NCBI RefSeq assembly: GCF_001194135.2
Contig: NC_069002.1
Span: 5,796,612-5,844,689 of the forward strand
Reading direction: 5' to 3'
DNA: 48,078 bases
Source of the DNA: Octopus bimaculoides
Taxonomy: Eukaryota
In this document: one piece after another, positions 35,818 through 47,800 of the stretch
Position numbering within the stretch: the stretch's first letter is position 1
Layout of the letters: every line of letters starts with the position of its first letter
Notes under the pieces: model-generated
The model's database searches: none
What the model was told of the DNA's origin: nothing
The model's input: the letters and a program-made list of their open reading frames with translations, nothing else
Position numbers and translations under genes: made by a program

Positions 35818-37124
35818 GTCTTAAAAGTTAAGAACCGACTAAGTTTGCTTTTAACTTGTGGTTCTCGTTTTATATTAAAATCGGACAATAATTTTTACCC
35901 GATGTTTTGTTATCGTTCGTTGGTAGATAATTTAGGTTTTTCGTCTATCTCGGTCTGTCTGTTAATCTTACTGTAGTACAATGCCTATCTTAGATTATGG
36001 GCGTAATGTACCATTTGTTTACACCAGATTGCTGTCGATTTCGAGATAATTTTATTATTATTAAGCAATTATTGTTCATATTCCGTCACATCCGTGCCAT
36101 TCCATGTGACTTCTGTTTTCTCTATTTTTTTTTTCTTTTATCTGTCTCTGTCACCCGTTCTTTCTTTCGTTCACTTCCCCGTCTGCTTTCTGGTATATGG
36201 AAACTATTGATAACGAAGATTGTCAATTGGTCATTGTGTCGGTGCGTTCAAACACACACACACACACGCATACATGTATGTGTTTATATCCGTGTGTGTG
36301 AGACTGTGTTTTCTTAGTTTCTATAATTGTGTGTCATCGTATATATGTATATATATATATGTGCGTGTGTGTCTGTATTTGTCCCCCATATGAAGATTAG
36401 GTGTTTATTTTACAATATAAGGCTGAAGGATTCAATGTTTCTATATTCAAATTCAGCTTGGATTTATTTGTTTTTGAGGGGAGTTAACAACATAAAAACT
36501 AAACCGAACCAAAGAAAGAGAACATCTACGTCAATCGCAGCCTTTGGGACTTTCTGAATGGCACACCTAACATCACAGATTTGGCTGCTTTTTCTAGCAG
36601 ATCGAGCAACCTACCACATGGTTGTGGTGATCCCAAGGGAGTTAATTCAATTTGAAATAATATATCATTAAAATTTGACGCGCTTGTCTCCCTTACTTGT
36701 AAGTGTGCGTGTTGTGTGTGTGTGTGTGTGTGCGACAAGAATTAATAGATAATGATTTATTCTCATTAACATAGGATGTAACATTGAATATTAATAACTT
36801 TTTGCTTTATACTACATCAACTATGTAAATAGCTGTCAAGTTTCCGTGCAGCAGGCGTCACTGAATACTTTTCTTTGTATTCGTATGTGTGTGCGCTCGT
36901 CAGTGTGTCTGTGCGCGCATGTATGTTCGTATGTCAGTCGGGTCCTTGCGTGCGTATGTGTTTTATGTAGACGATGAGGTGGAGGGGTTCTCCGCTCTCT
37001 GGGATTAGTGAAAGAAGGGACGTGGTGACTTTAGCGACCTCAGTGAAACGGCCCCAGCTGGGAATTTGGAAATGGTTCACGGGTTTTTATTTATTAAAAA
37101 AAAAAGAAAGGGGTTCTGAGATGG

Positions 37125-37535
37125 GTTTTTAATGTATGTATGTGTGTGTGTCACTATGATCGTGTATGAGTTCGAATGTGTTTGTCGTTAGAGTGTGTAT
37201 CCGCATGCACTTGAACGTAGGTGTGTGAGTGTTTTTTGTGTTCGTATATGTATCTGTATATGCTTGTGAATACGCGTGAGTGCGTGCGTGTGTGTGTGTG
37301 TGTGTGTGTTGTCTTTGTAGAGTGTGTTCGTATGTGTTTGTATCCGTGTGTGATTCTGTTGTGTGTTTGTGTAGACCTAAGCGTATGTGTGCTACCATTG
37401 TGCCGCGCGTGTTCATGCACGTGTGTGTGTGTGTGTGTGTTTATGTGTATGTGTGTGTGTTTATGTGTATGTGTTGGTGCGTGTCTGTGCGTATGTGTGT
37501 GTGTTTGTCGTATACACAATGTGTGCGTGCGTAAG
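37125..37535. repeat. Degenerate (GT)n-rich tract
   Basis: Directly visible. Confidence 0.9.
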
Positions 37536-38960
37536 TCATTATCGTTGATTATACATAATTACGATCAAAGCATTCTTGCCATGACCATCCCGGCCTTTAT
37601 TTATACATCGTGTATGTACCCTATTAAAGTCGGCTGAGATTAATTGATGAAAATTTGACTGCTATATCTAGCAAGACCATTACAGGCTTCTCTGTGTGTG
37701 TGTGTGTGGTGTGATACTTAAAGCAGGCATACGAGAAGACCTGCTAGAAATAGCAACTGAATCTCCAGCCCATCTCACATTAAAAAAAGAGGAAAAAAAA
37801 TGAAAAAGTAAACAGGACGCATTCTAATTACCGGATGACCGTACAATTAAATAATATTACAAATCATTAATTGAAACGAAAAAGTTGATTATGTACCCAT
37901 TTCACCGAAGTCAAAGAGATTAAATATAAAATGTTCGAATCTTGTTAAATTTCTTTTAACCACTCGAAATATTTCAAATTTTCACCACATTATTTTATTT
38001 TTAAAAAATGTAGCTTTGATGTAGTTTTGCTTGCTGACGACGAAAATTTTATTCATTTTTTACCCTAGCAATTAATAATAAAGAAGTTACAAGCATTTAC
38101 AAAAGACCCAGATATTTCGTTTCAATTAACGAATGCCAGAATGCCATTTCCAGTGTTAACTTTATACTTCCCCCTTTCGGGAACGTCTCAGCTATCGATT
38201 GAACTTTATTCTCTTCGGTTATATAATCCCATTCGCATCTAGGAAGACTTATCATACAGTAATGTCTGGATATAGGTGTTAATTTATTTCCGCAGATCGC
38301 TAACAAAGCGAAAACTCACAAGGCAGAACAATAATTTGCCATAGTAGCAATGTTATAAATCGTAATTCGTTCCCCCACCAAATGTTTTACATGTAAAATT
38401 TATAATACTCGTAAATAAATGGTAATAAAACAACAGCAGAATATAAAGAATATTTTATGTTGTAAAGGTGCCCACTACAATGTAAAGTATGCCCTGGTAC
38501 TTTGCCATCGTCTCTTTCCCACTCGCTCTTGAACTCTCATACTCTCACTCTCTTCCACTCTCCCCCCTCTCTCTCTCACTATCTATTTATCTATCTATCT
38601 CTTGCTCTCTCCCTCTGACTGGGTAACCATGTATCAAACCGTCCAGTGCATGCCAGCTTGGAAAACAGCTGTTAAACGACGACGATGATGATGACGATGA
38701 TGATGATGATGATGTACGACAGGCTTCTTTCAGTTTCCATTTACCATGTCAACTAACACGGCTTTGTTCGGCCCGAGGCTATAGAAGTAGACACTTGCCA
38801 AGGTGCCTGATAAATAAATATATTTAGGAGGTTGTTTGTTGTGGTCAGTCAGAAAGTGACCATTAGTTTTGCGCCTATAAAGCGCTTCACTGTATAGGCG
38901 ACTCTGATCAGCCATAACAAACAACTTTCTAACTATTACTACTCTAATACAACTCTATAT

Positions 38961-39345
38961 AGGCACAGGAGTGGCTGTGTGGTAAGAAGCTTGCTTCCCA
39001 ACCACATGGTTATGGGTTCAGTCCCACTGCGTGGCACCGTGGGAAAGTGTCTTCTGCTATAGCCTAGGGCCGACCAAAGCCTTGTGGGTGGATTTGGTGG
39101 ACGGAAACTGAAAGAAGCCTGTCGTGTGTGTGTATTTGTGTGTCTGTGTTTGTCCCCCCACCATCGCTTGACAACCAATCTTAATGTGTTTATGTCCCCG
39201 TAACTTAGTAGTTCGGCAAAATAGACCAATAGAATAAGTACTAGGCTTACAAAGAATAAGTCCTGGGGTCGATCTGTTCGACTAAAGGCAGTGCTCCAGC
39301 ATGGCCGCAGTCAAGTGACTGAAACAGGTAAAAGAATAAAAGAAT
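38961..39345 (+). mobile_element. Most complete family B tRNA-derived SINE in the window
   Basis: Head GGCACAGGAGTGGCTGTGTGGTAAG (A-box) ... GGGTTCAGTCCC (B-box), (GT)n spacer, tail ending GAAACAGGTAAAAGAATAAAAGAATA. Confidence 0.9.
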
Positions 39346-39579
39346 ATATAAAATTTTGTGTCTGTCTCTCTGTCTGTCTGTCCCCTATGCATTCTCAAAC
39401 AACTCCAAATTAAATCAAATTTTATGAGGTAATAGTATTAGACCCTGCAAGTGTCACCATGTAATTTTTATTTTCATTTGGACTAAAACAATATAACATT
39501 TTATCTCAAATAATGTTTCTATAGTCAACTATAGTAAAGGACATTTTATATCACGACGACGACGTCACATTTTGTATAT

Positions 39580-39622
<43 letters not shown>

Positions 39623-39854
39623 CATTCATTACGCGAAGGGGTTGATACAGCTTGGCACCAGTGACATCACAATTCATTTCTACAGCTGAGAGAGTTGGAG
39701 CAGTGTTAAATAAAGTGTCTTGCTTAAGACCACAACAGACAGCCCAGTCCGGGAATTGAACTCAATACTTCATGATTGTGAATATATATATTTACATATA
39801 TAAGCCCATCACATATGCATTTACGTGTGTGCATGTCTTTGTGTGTGTGTGAAT

Positions 39855-40040
39855 CTGTCACCTACCACTGCTTGACAACCGGTGTTGGTATGTTTACATC
39901 CCATAAGAAATCGATAGAATAAGTAGCTGGCTTAAAAAAAGAAAAAAAACCCCACAATACTGGGGTCAATTCATTCGACTAAAAATTTTTCAAGGCGATG
40001 CCCCAGTATGGCCACAGTCTAATAACTGAAACGAGTAAAA
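39855..40040 (+). mobile_element. Family B tail fragment
   Basis: Similarity to 39165-39345. Confidence 0.7.
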
Positions 40041-40935
40041 GATCCTAATCTTAGTTTTTTTTGTTTGTTTGTTTGTTTTTATGTGACAATCCTTTCGTGC
40101 TATTTTCTTTGATTGAATCCGATATTCGCTATGTTGCATCCTTTCATAGGTGGCTCGACAGTCCTAGACTTATTTACAAAGCCTATGTAAAGATAAAATT
40201 ACTTTGGACATATCTGGATTATGCAACATGCCAGACAGCTTCCTTATGACGAAAATGCTTTCATGAGAACTGAACATAAGCATTTAGAGTCCATAGAACG
40301 GACTACCTGCTATAGTATTATGATGAGCAATCTAGTTTGTTGCTTTTGACAAAGAGATTTTATTTATATGTTAATGACAATACACGTGTGTGCTCTGTCT
40401 AGAATAAAATTCAGAGAATCGATAAAGTTGGTTGAAGGCACAATTCAGACATCATTTATTCATTAGGTGGAAATAGACGTACTGGAAATAGAAGAATTAC
40501 AGGTTGAAACAAACGATGTATTTTTTTTTTGTGTGTACACTTTGTTAATCAAATCAAATTGAATGCATGCAATCATTGCTCAGTAAGTGAGAGACCTGTA
40601 AAACAATCAAAGAAACAAAAAGACTCACTGTTGATAATGAAATTTTTGCAATGAGGTTGTTATTGTTGTTGTTCTTGCTGTTTTGTGACGAATTTTCATA
40701 AAAGTTGTACATGACAGCATCCATTGTGAAGCTGTGACTTCTATAAATAAACATTGACTGAAAAACAAGGTGGCGCGGATATTGTAATGATTGTGAAAAT
40801 TAAGTTCAAAATTGCCCTAAATGCTGTTGTTGCACTTGATTAGATTATTCTTGATTAATTGTTATGATGCTTAAGCTGTGTGTTGTCCCATATGAAAACC
40901 AACTACAATTGATTAATCAATATTTTTCTGGAAAA

Positions 40936-41145
40936 GCTGACGAGCTGGCAGAAAGGTTAACACGCCGGGCGAAATGCTTAGCAATATTTCGTCTGTCTTT
41001 ACGTTCTGAGTTCAGATTCCGCTGAGGTCGACTTTGCCTTTCATCCTTTCAGGGTCAATAAATTAAGTACCAGTGAAAGACTGGGGTTGACATAATCGAC
41101 TTACCTCTTCCCTTGAGATTGCTGGCCTTGTGCCAAAATTTGAAA
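40936..41145 (+). mobile_element. Family A SINE
   Basis: Head, B-box and core as in 137-369. Confidence 0.85.
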
Positions 41146-41304
41146 TTTATATTTTTCTGGAGCCTTAACTCATTCTCAAAACACAAAAAAACTTTTGGAC
41201 CTGGGTCTACACCTATTAAGCAAATTTCACTCCCGAGCCAGTGTGTGTGTGTGTGCGTGTATGCGTGAGAGATAGATAGATAGAGAGAGATAGATAGATA
41301 GAGA

Positions 41305-41334
<30 letters not shown>

Positions 41335-41335
<1 letters not shown>

Positions 41336-41530
41336 TGTGTGTGTGCCTCCCTACTATCATCGCTTGACAACTTGTGTTGATTTGTTTACACCTCCGTAAC
41401 CTAGCGGTTCGGCAAAAGAGACCGATAGAATAAGAATCAGACTTTAACGAGTGTACGGGGGTCGATTTGTTCGACTGAAACGCATCAAGGCGGTGCTCCG
41501 GCATGGCCGCAGTCAATTGACAGAAAATAA
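41335..41530 (+). mobile_element. Family B tail fragment
   Basis: Similarity to 39165-39345. Confidence 0.75.
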
Positions 41531-41999
41531 GAAAAAAGGTCGAAAGTAAGAACCACGAAAAGGACTGAAAGCAAAGCTGGCCGGAGCAAGATTTGCACTC
41601 ATAAAGCCGTTGGATCAGAGGTCCGTCCGATCAAAACGGCTCAGACCACAAATTAGCAAAAAAAAAAAAAAAAAAAAAGAAAGAAAGAAAGAAGGAAGGA
41701 AATGAGAACACTTGGAGCCGATCGAAATGTAGATGTTATTACTTTTTCTAAAATCATGTTTAAGGACAGGGGTTAATTGTCCGAAAAATCTTATTAAACG
41801 ACAAACGCAACACATAACGTTATCAACTGAAAAGACATGTTTGAACAAGGGGAATTAGAAGACGCGATTACTTAAGCTGCTAGAAATAACAACTAAACCC
41901 CTCTCAACTCATTCTCTACCCACTTAAAAAAAGCAAAAGAACATTGGATAATATTTCCTGTAAGGAAAGACTTCCTTTTGTACCAAGAAGTGTTCTTTT

Positions 42000-42380
42000 C
42001 TACTCTAGGCATAAGGCCCGAAATTTTGGGGGAGGGGGGGAAGTCGATTAGATCAACTCCAGTACGCAACTGGTACTTAATTTATCGAGCCTGAAAGGCA
42101 AAGTCCGACCTCAGTGGAATTTGAACTCAGAACGTAAAGACGGACGAAATACCTATTTCTTTATTGCTCACAAGGGGTTAAACATAGAGGGGACAAACAA
42201 GGACAGACAAAGGGATTAAGTCGATTACATCGATCCCCAGTGCGTAACTGGTACTTAATTTATCGACCCCGAAAGGATGAAAGACAAAGTCGACCTCGGC
42301 GGAATTTGAACTCAGAACGTAACGGCAGACGAAATAACGCTAAGCATTCTGCTCGGCGTGCTAACGTGTCTGCCAGCTCG
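42000..42380 (-). mobile_element. Two abutting family A SINE copies
   Basis: Reverse complement of the family A core occurs twice; the second copy retains the head. Confidence 0.85.
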
Positions 42381-42959
42381 CGTCGTTGTTTAACAAAAGA
42401 TATTATACATGGTAGAAAATTGATTCCCTACTATTTCATATAATAATAATAATAATGATAATAATGAGAAAGCCTTCATTTTTAATAGAAATTCATTTTT
42501 ATGGCTTTTCTCATCATTATAATTATTATAAAACATGGTAAGAAATCAATTTTCCACAATGTGTAATAATATATTTTTCTTTTTTTTTTTTGGAAAATTT
42601 TATGGGGAGGCGGGTACAAAAGGGAGACTTTTCTAATGGGAAGTCCGAAATATATATATATTTATAAATAAAAAAATGGAAGAAAAAGAAAAGAGAAAAA
42701 AAAAACCGGGCAGTCACGGTTGGAAAAAACTTTCGATCCATGCTGACTTTGTACTTAGACAATAACGTAAACAAAAAAACCACGTTGTTGTTGTTGTTAT
42801 CAACACCAACAACAAAGCTGCTGCCATGACAACAACTGTGTTTATTTATATGAGAGAAGCAAAACAACAAATCAATGAATGAACCGAATAAAGAAAGAAA
42901 GAAAGAAAGAAAGGTATAAACCAAAATGACTGAAGTCTTCGTGGAAATTAATGAAAAGC

Positions 42960-43400
42960 CAGTAGTAGTGGTGGTGGTGGTGGTTGTGGTGGTGGTGGCG
43001 TCAGAGGTAGTAGCCGTACTGTTGATGATGGTGGTTGCAGCGGAGTCAGCAGTAGCAGTAGTAATATCAGTGGTAGTAGTAATAATAGTAGTAGTAGTAG
43101 TAGTAGTAGTAGAGATGGTGGCGGTGGAGTCAGCAGCGGCAGCAGTAGTAGTAGTAGAAGTAGTAGTAGTAGTAGTAGTAATGGTGGTGATAGTGATGAT
43201 GGTGGTGATGGTGGTGGCGGCAGTAGTAGTAGTAGTAGTAGTAATGGTGGTGATACTGGTGGCGGTGGTGACGGCGGCGTCAGAGGCAGTAGTGGTACCG
43301 GTGGTGATGGTGGTGGCGACGGAGTCAGCCGCAGCATCTGCAGTAGCAGTAGTAGTAGTAGTAGTAGTAATAGTAATACTTGTTGTTGGTGGTGGATAGT
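42960..43400. repeat. Compound (GTA)/(GTG)/(GCA) trinucleotide low-complexity tract
   Basis: Directly visible; recurring sub-unit GGAGTCAGC. Confidence 0.9.
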
Positions 43401-44018
43401 TGTGTGCAGTTACAGCGGGAGTAGAGGAGGTAGTAAAAGCGGAAGTAACGGTTGCGCATGTCAGATTTTAAAACATGGCGATGTCACAAAGCGTTGTTGG
43501 AAACGGATGTTTATGCAATGTTTTGGTCAAGGCGTGAGGAGCAACGGTAAAGTTCAGTTGTCAGTCAACTTAGTGACTCGATTTTTTTCTTTGTGTATAT
43601 ACATACATATATACACACACACACATATATATTTCATACTTTTGTATATATATATTTATTTTTTGATATATATACATATATATATATCTGTACATACGCA
43701 TGCATATATAAATATATGTTGTATGTATGTTTTCAAATTATTACTTTTACTATTGAAGACATTATCACTTTGATAACCTCAACTGCAGCTACAGAGACCA
43801 CGTTTAATGTTTTTTAAAGAAAAAAAACAGAGTTAAAAGGTATTTGTATATATATACATATACATATCTATATTTATTATTGGTTGATATATTTATTTAT
43901 TATAATTATTGTTCTATCTATATTTATAAAGAATAAAAAGTTTAGAATGGTACAACAATGCACTATAGAACAAAAAATGGACTATATATACCTGTTGTAA
44001 TTTGGTTATCTATAGTCC

Positions 44019-44054
44019 GATGATATTTCGGAATTACAATTCCTTCTTCAGATC
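44019..44054 (-). ncRNA. Candidate minimal type I hammerhead ribozyme motif (Penelope/retrozyme-like)
   Basis: Minus strand reads GAT-CUGAAGA-A-GGAAU(UGUA)AUUCC-GAAA-UAUC-AUC: core CUGANGA, 5-bp stem II, GAAA, palindromic AUAU stem III, AUC triplet. Stem I is only 3 bp. Confidence 0.45.
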
Positions 44055-44699
44055 TTCTTAGCTGGAGTCTCTGCTTTCTAAACTTTTTATTCTTTACAAA
44101 CAATACACAATGCTTCAAGCGAACTACAATACTCTCCTATATCTATATTTGTTTATTATTGTTACTATTATTACTTTTATTGTTATTATTAATTCAACAC
44201 TCAGTCATTCAGGATGTTGGCCCCGTTACTGGGACATAAGCTATCGACAGTCTCCATCCATTCTTCTCTGTTGGGCCTTTCACTCCTATTTCTCTCAACC
44301 CCATCCGGATTTTCTCACTTCGTACTCGTGTCACACCGGTCAGAAGTTTTTTTTTAGCCTTCTTTTCTTCCTTTTGTCCCTGTGGGGTGGGTTCCATCCG
44401 TGGAACTCACCTGCGACGCTGTACTTAGGGCTTCGGAGAGTATATAGTATCCCGGTGTCTCTTCATTTAACTTCCATGTCAACGGGGTGTGTATGTGCAT
44501 GTTGGAAGGAGGGGACTGTCGAGTTTGTGTCCCACCACCACAAGGCTATTGTTATTGATTTATTCTTTCGGTCTTTTGGTTCTGGGTATCGGTAAATTTT
44601 TCCTGTCATACTCCTCGATTTGAACGTGAAATTTTTTGCCTAAAGAACGAATGGTTCCCGAAGATTCTGATGGACAGATTCGTTTGAAAACGTCAAAAA

Positions 44700-44753
44700 C
44701 ATCTGTTTCACTTTAGAAACGAAATGTTTTTCATTTCTAAAGTAAAACAGATG
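44700..44753. repeat. 54-nt inverted repeat / hairpin
   Basis: Arms 44700-44719 and 44734-44753 match 19/20; inner GAAA/TTTC pairs around a TGTT loop. Confidence 0.9.
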
Positions 44754-44826
44754 ACACGGTTTAACTTATTAATATTATTTCCCTTGATGGGTTCGTTAAA
44801 ATAAGTGAATGTAAATATATCCAAAA

Positions 44827-44935
44827 GGGGTGATCTTTCGATACCAGTACGAAATATCGGTCTTTTCCGTAAAAAGCGTCTTCGGCGATCTTTGGAAAAG
44901 GCCGATATTTCGTACTGGTATCGAAAGATCACCCC
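44827..44935. repeat. 109-nt inverted repeat / hairpin with 42-bp arms
   Basis: Arms 44827-44868 and 44894-44935 match 41/42 (the exception is a G.U on the plus strand); 25-nt loop contains C(TTCG)G. Confidence 0.95.
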
Positions 44936-45399
44936 CAATGGCTTAGAGCCCACACCGCTACCATCAACCTCTACTCCTGCCGTAGAAAAAGCAGAGGTGA
45001 TTGTGTTCAGATTTGAACTCAGAACACTAAGGTATGAAACTACATGTAATGGAATTTTATATCCCTGCTTGTTGTATCTTTACCCTATAACATTTAAACC
45101 GGCCATACTTAGCCCAAATATTCTACCTGTTTTGACATTCAAACTGGCCACGTGCAGCCTCTCACACCGACCATACTATGCCATTTGAAAAATAGTCACC
45201 TTAGTCTTTACGTTTTGAGTTCAAATCCCATATGACTGTTTCTTTGTATCCTGCAAATTTCTGCCTTTGTGCCAGTGAAAGAAATCGTTATTGTTTATTC
45301 TTTTAAAAATCATTTGTGTTGCACGAAAATGCTTATGATATTTAAATGCAGTACCATTTGAGCCATTATATGTACTATTTACAATTGTTCTTTTTTTTT

Positions 45400-46066
45400 C
45401 CTTTGATTTCATACTTGTCTTTTCGTAGTGGTTGACGAAAACTCTTTGAATATTCTCCTGAAAAATTGGGTTTTTCATTAGTGGTTCGATATCTCTTAAA
45501 TCCAGCACTGGTGGGAACTCTTTAAGTGCCACCTCCACTCCTGGCGGGTCAACGTTATCTCCACACATCTCTTTCAATTTTCTGTAGTTTTCCTCTTCGA
45601 TCAATATTGCCTTCATATCCTCCGCGTAGACGTATGAAGGCACCTTTACTCTTACTATTGAATGTAACTTGATTATTTTTTTCATCAGCCATTCTTCTTT
45701 CAATTCCGATGGCACCTTACCCACTCGCACTTTGGCCACACGTTTGCCGCAGTACGAAGGCAAGAGCACCCATTTGTCTGTTCTTATTGCCTCTGTGGAG
45801 TGCTTTATTGCTTCCTCCTCCGTTGTGAAGCGCACCTCCACAGTGGCATATCTTCACCCTCTCGTAATATATGTTGTGAATCTTTTTATATTCTTAACAC
45901 ATTCTTCTATGGTCTCTATTGGTGCTATTTCTTTCTCGTGGCTGCCTCACTCTCCTTCATCTTTCTAGGCTCCACTTTTATCTCGCGGACTCCCAACTCT
46001 TGCGTGTCTACTCCTTTGCCCGTTGCGGCCGCATAACCTGGGCCTGCCTCCGGCTTCTTCTCCATT
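45400..46066 (-). pseudogene. Probable decayed ORF1 (RRM-like) of an L1/Tx1-type non-LTR retrotransposon
   Basis: N-terminal YAAA motif, then after frameshifts VEVRFTTEEEAIKHS...LLPSYCGKRVAKVRVGKVPSELKEEWL, resembling the VxF...EA...P.Y....V.V..VP pattern of ORF1 proteins. Confidence 0.45.
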
Positions 46067-46089
46067 NNNNNNNNNNTTCACAGGAGACG

Positions 46090-46360
46090 AGGTACCGCTA
46101 AGCATTTCGCTCGGCGTGCTAACGATTACGCCTGCTCGCCGCCTGAACAATATCTGGAAGCACAAGGCCTCAAATTTTGGGGGCAGGGATTAAGTCGATT
46201 ACATCGACCCCAGTGCGTAACTGGTACTTATTTAATCGACCCCGAAAGGATGAAAGGCAAAGCCGACCTCGGTGGAATTTGAACTCAGAACGTAACATCA
46301 GACGAAATACTACTAAGCATTTCGTCCAGCGCGCTAACGACTCTACCAGCTCACCGCCTT
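46090..46360 (-). mobile_element. Family A SINE (about 46157-46360) plus an adjacent head fragment (about 46090-46140)
   Basis: Reverse complement of family A. Confidence 0.85.
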
Positions 46361-46729
46361 TTTAACAACAACAATAATAATTGTAAAGCTGGAGTTATTT
46401 GGAAAAAAAAATTAAAAAAGAAAGAATGACTGTCTACAGCGAGAAATTTTCTCCATGACGAAACAGTGAATGGCTTGTTTACGAGTTCGAACGAGCCACA
46501 GGCATATTTAAACTGCTTATAACCTTGCATAAGAATATCTGCTTCAACAGACGGTTGTACATCAGTAATTTTGCAGCTCAAATACATAAACGTAACTTTC
46601 TGAATCGTTATCCTTCATGGACGAAGGGAAAAGAGATTCTGTGTTTTCCTTTCGTTTTCTTTTAGTTTTCCTGTTTCGTGCAACAGCAATCGCGATTCCG
46701 AAAGAATTTCTATCTTTTATCATTTACGT

Positions 46730-46920
46730 GCTTCAGTCATTAGACTGCTGCCATGCTGGGGCACCGCCTTGAAGAAATTTTTGTTGAATGAATCGTTCCC
46801 CGTTCCTTTATTTTCTTTTTGTAGCTTGCTACTTGTTCTATCGAGTCCGTTTGCTAAGCTGCTACGTCACGGAGATGTAAACACCAACATTGGTTGTCAA
46901 TTGGCAGAGGGGGACAAACA
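46730..46920 (-). mobile_element. Diverged family B tail
   Basis: TTCAGTCATTAGACTGCTGCCATGCTGGGGCACCGCC...GGGGACAAACACAC. Confidence 0.7.
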
Positions 46921-46939
46921 CACACACACGCACACATTC

Positions 46940-47270
46940 ATGATTTATGATTGATGATTGATTGTGTTGGTTGATGATTGATTATTGACGACTAATGATT
47001 GATGACCGATGATCGTTTGATGATTTTTGCTTTATAATTGATCGTGTTGGTTGATGATTGATGATTGGTTTGTTGGTTAATGCTTGATGACTAATGATTG
47101 GTGACCGATGATTGATGATTTTTGCTTTATGATTTATGCTTGATGATTGATTGTGATGGTTGATGATTGAGGGCTGGTGAAGATTGAAGATGATTTATGA
47201 GAATACTTGATTATTGTTGAAGATGATGAGGATAATGGTGATGAAGATGACGACCACGACAATTATGATT
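46940..47270. repeat. Degenerate (GAT/TGAT)-rich tract with internal duplications
   Basis: GACTAATGATTG..GACCGATGAT and GATGATTTTTGCTTTAT each occur twice. Confidence 0.8.
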
Positions 47271-47605
47271 ACGAAAATGACCTCCGGACAGTCAGAGCTC
47301 ATTCCTGAAAGAGCAGCTGTTGTAGAAAGCATGTAGGTAATCAATCACTTGAAATAGAAAGATCATTATACACCTCTATTGTTCCTGGTCTATACCATAT
47401 TCCTACATACCTGGGAACCAAATTCTACATTCCGATATTCTTTGCTTAATAGGACTGAAACGAGTTCAGACTTTCTCCATTTGCCACTCAGCTATTCCAC
47501 ACAGAATGTTATTGTTGTTGTTCATGTCAGCCTTGAATCAAACAGACAGCCTTATAATATATGTAGCGTCCTATCCATGGCCACTCCATAATTTTTGAAG
47601 TGAGT

Positions 47606-47800
47606 AAGGCGGTGAGCTGGCAGAACGGTTAGCACGCCGGGCAAAATGCTAGGCAGCATTTCGTCCCGTCTTTACGTTTTGAATTCGAATTCCGCTGAGG
47701 TCGACTTTGCCTTTCATTCTTTCGGGATCGATAAATGAAGAACCAGTTGAGTACTGGGGTCGAAATTGTTGTCTTTGTGCCAAAATTTGAAACCATTATT
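47606..47800 (+). mobile_element. Family A SINE
   Basis: Head, B-box-like GAATTCGAATTCC and core. Confidence 0.85.

Noticed and set aside
38961-39040. tRNA-like A-box and B-box heads
   Set aside because: SINE heads continuous with SINE bodies; I could not fold a credible cloverleaf, so no tRNA gene is called.
42926-43773. Val-rich 157-aa ORF and the parallel Gly/Ser-rich open frame
   Set aside because: Triplet periodicity of (GTA)/(GTG) keeps two frames open; no splice or homology support.
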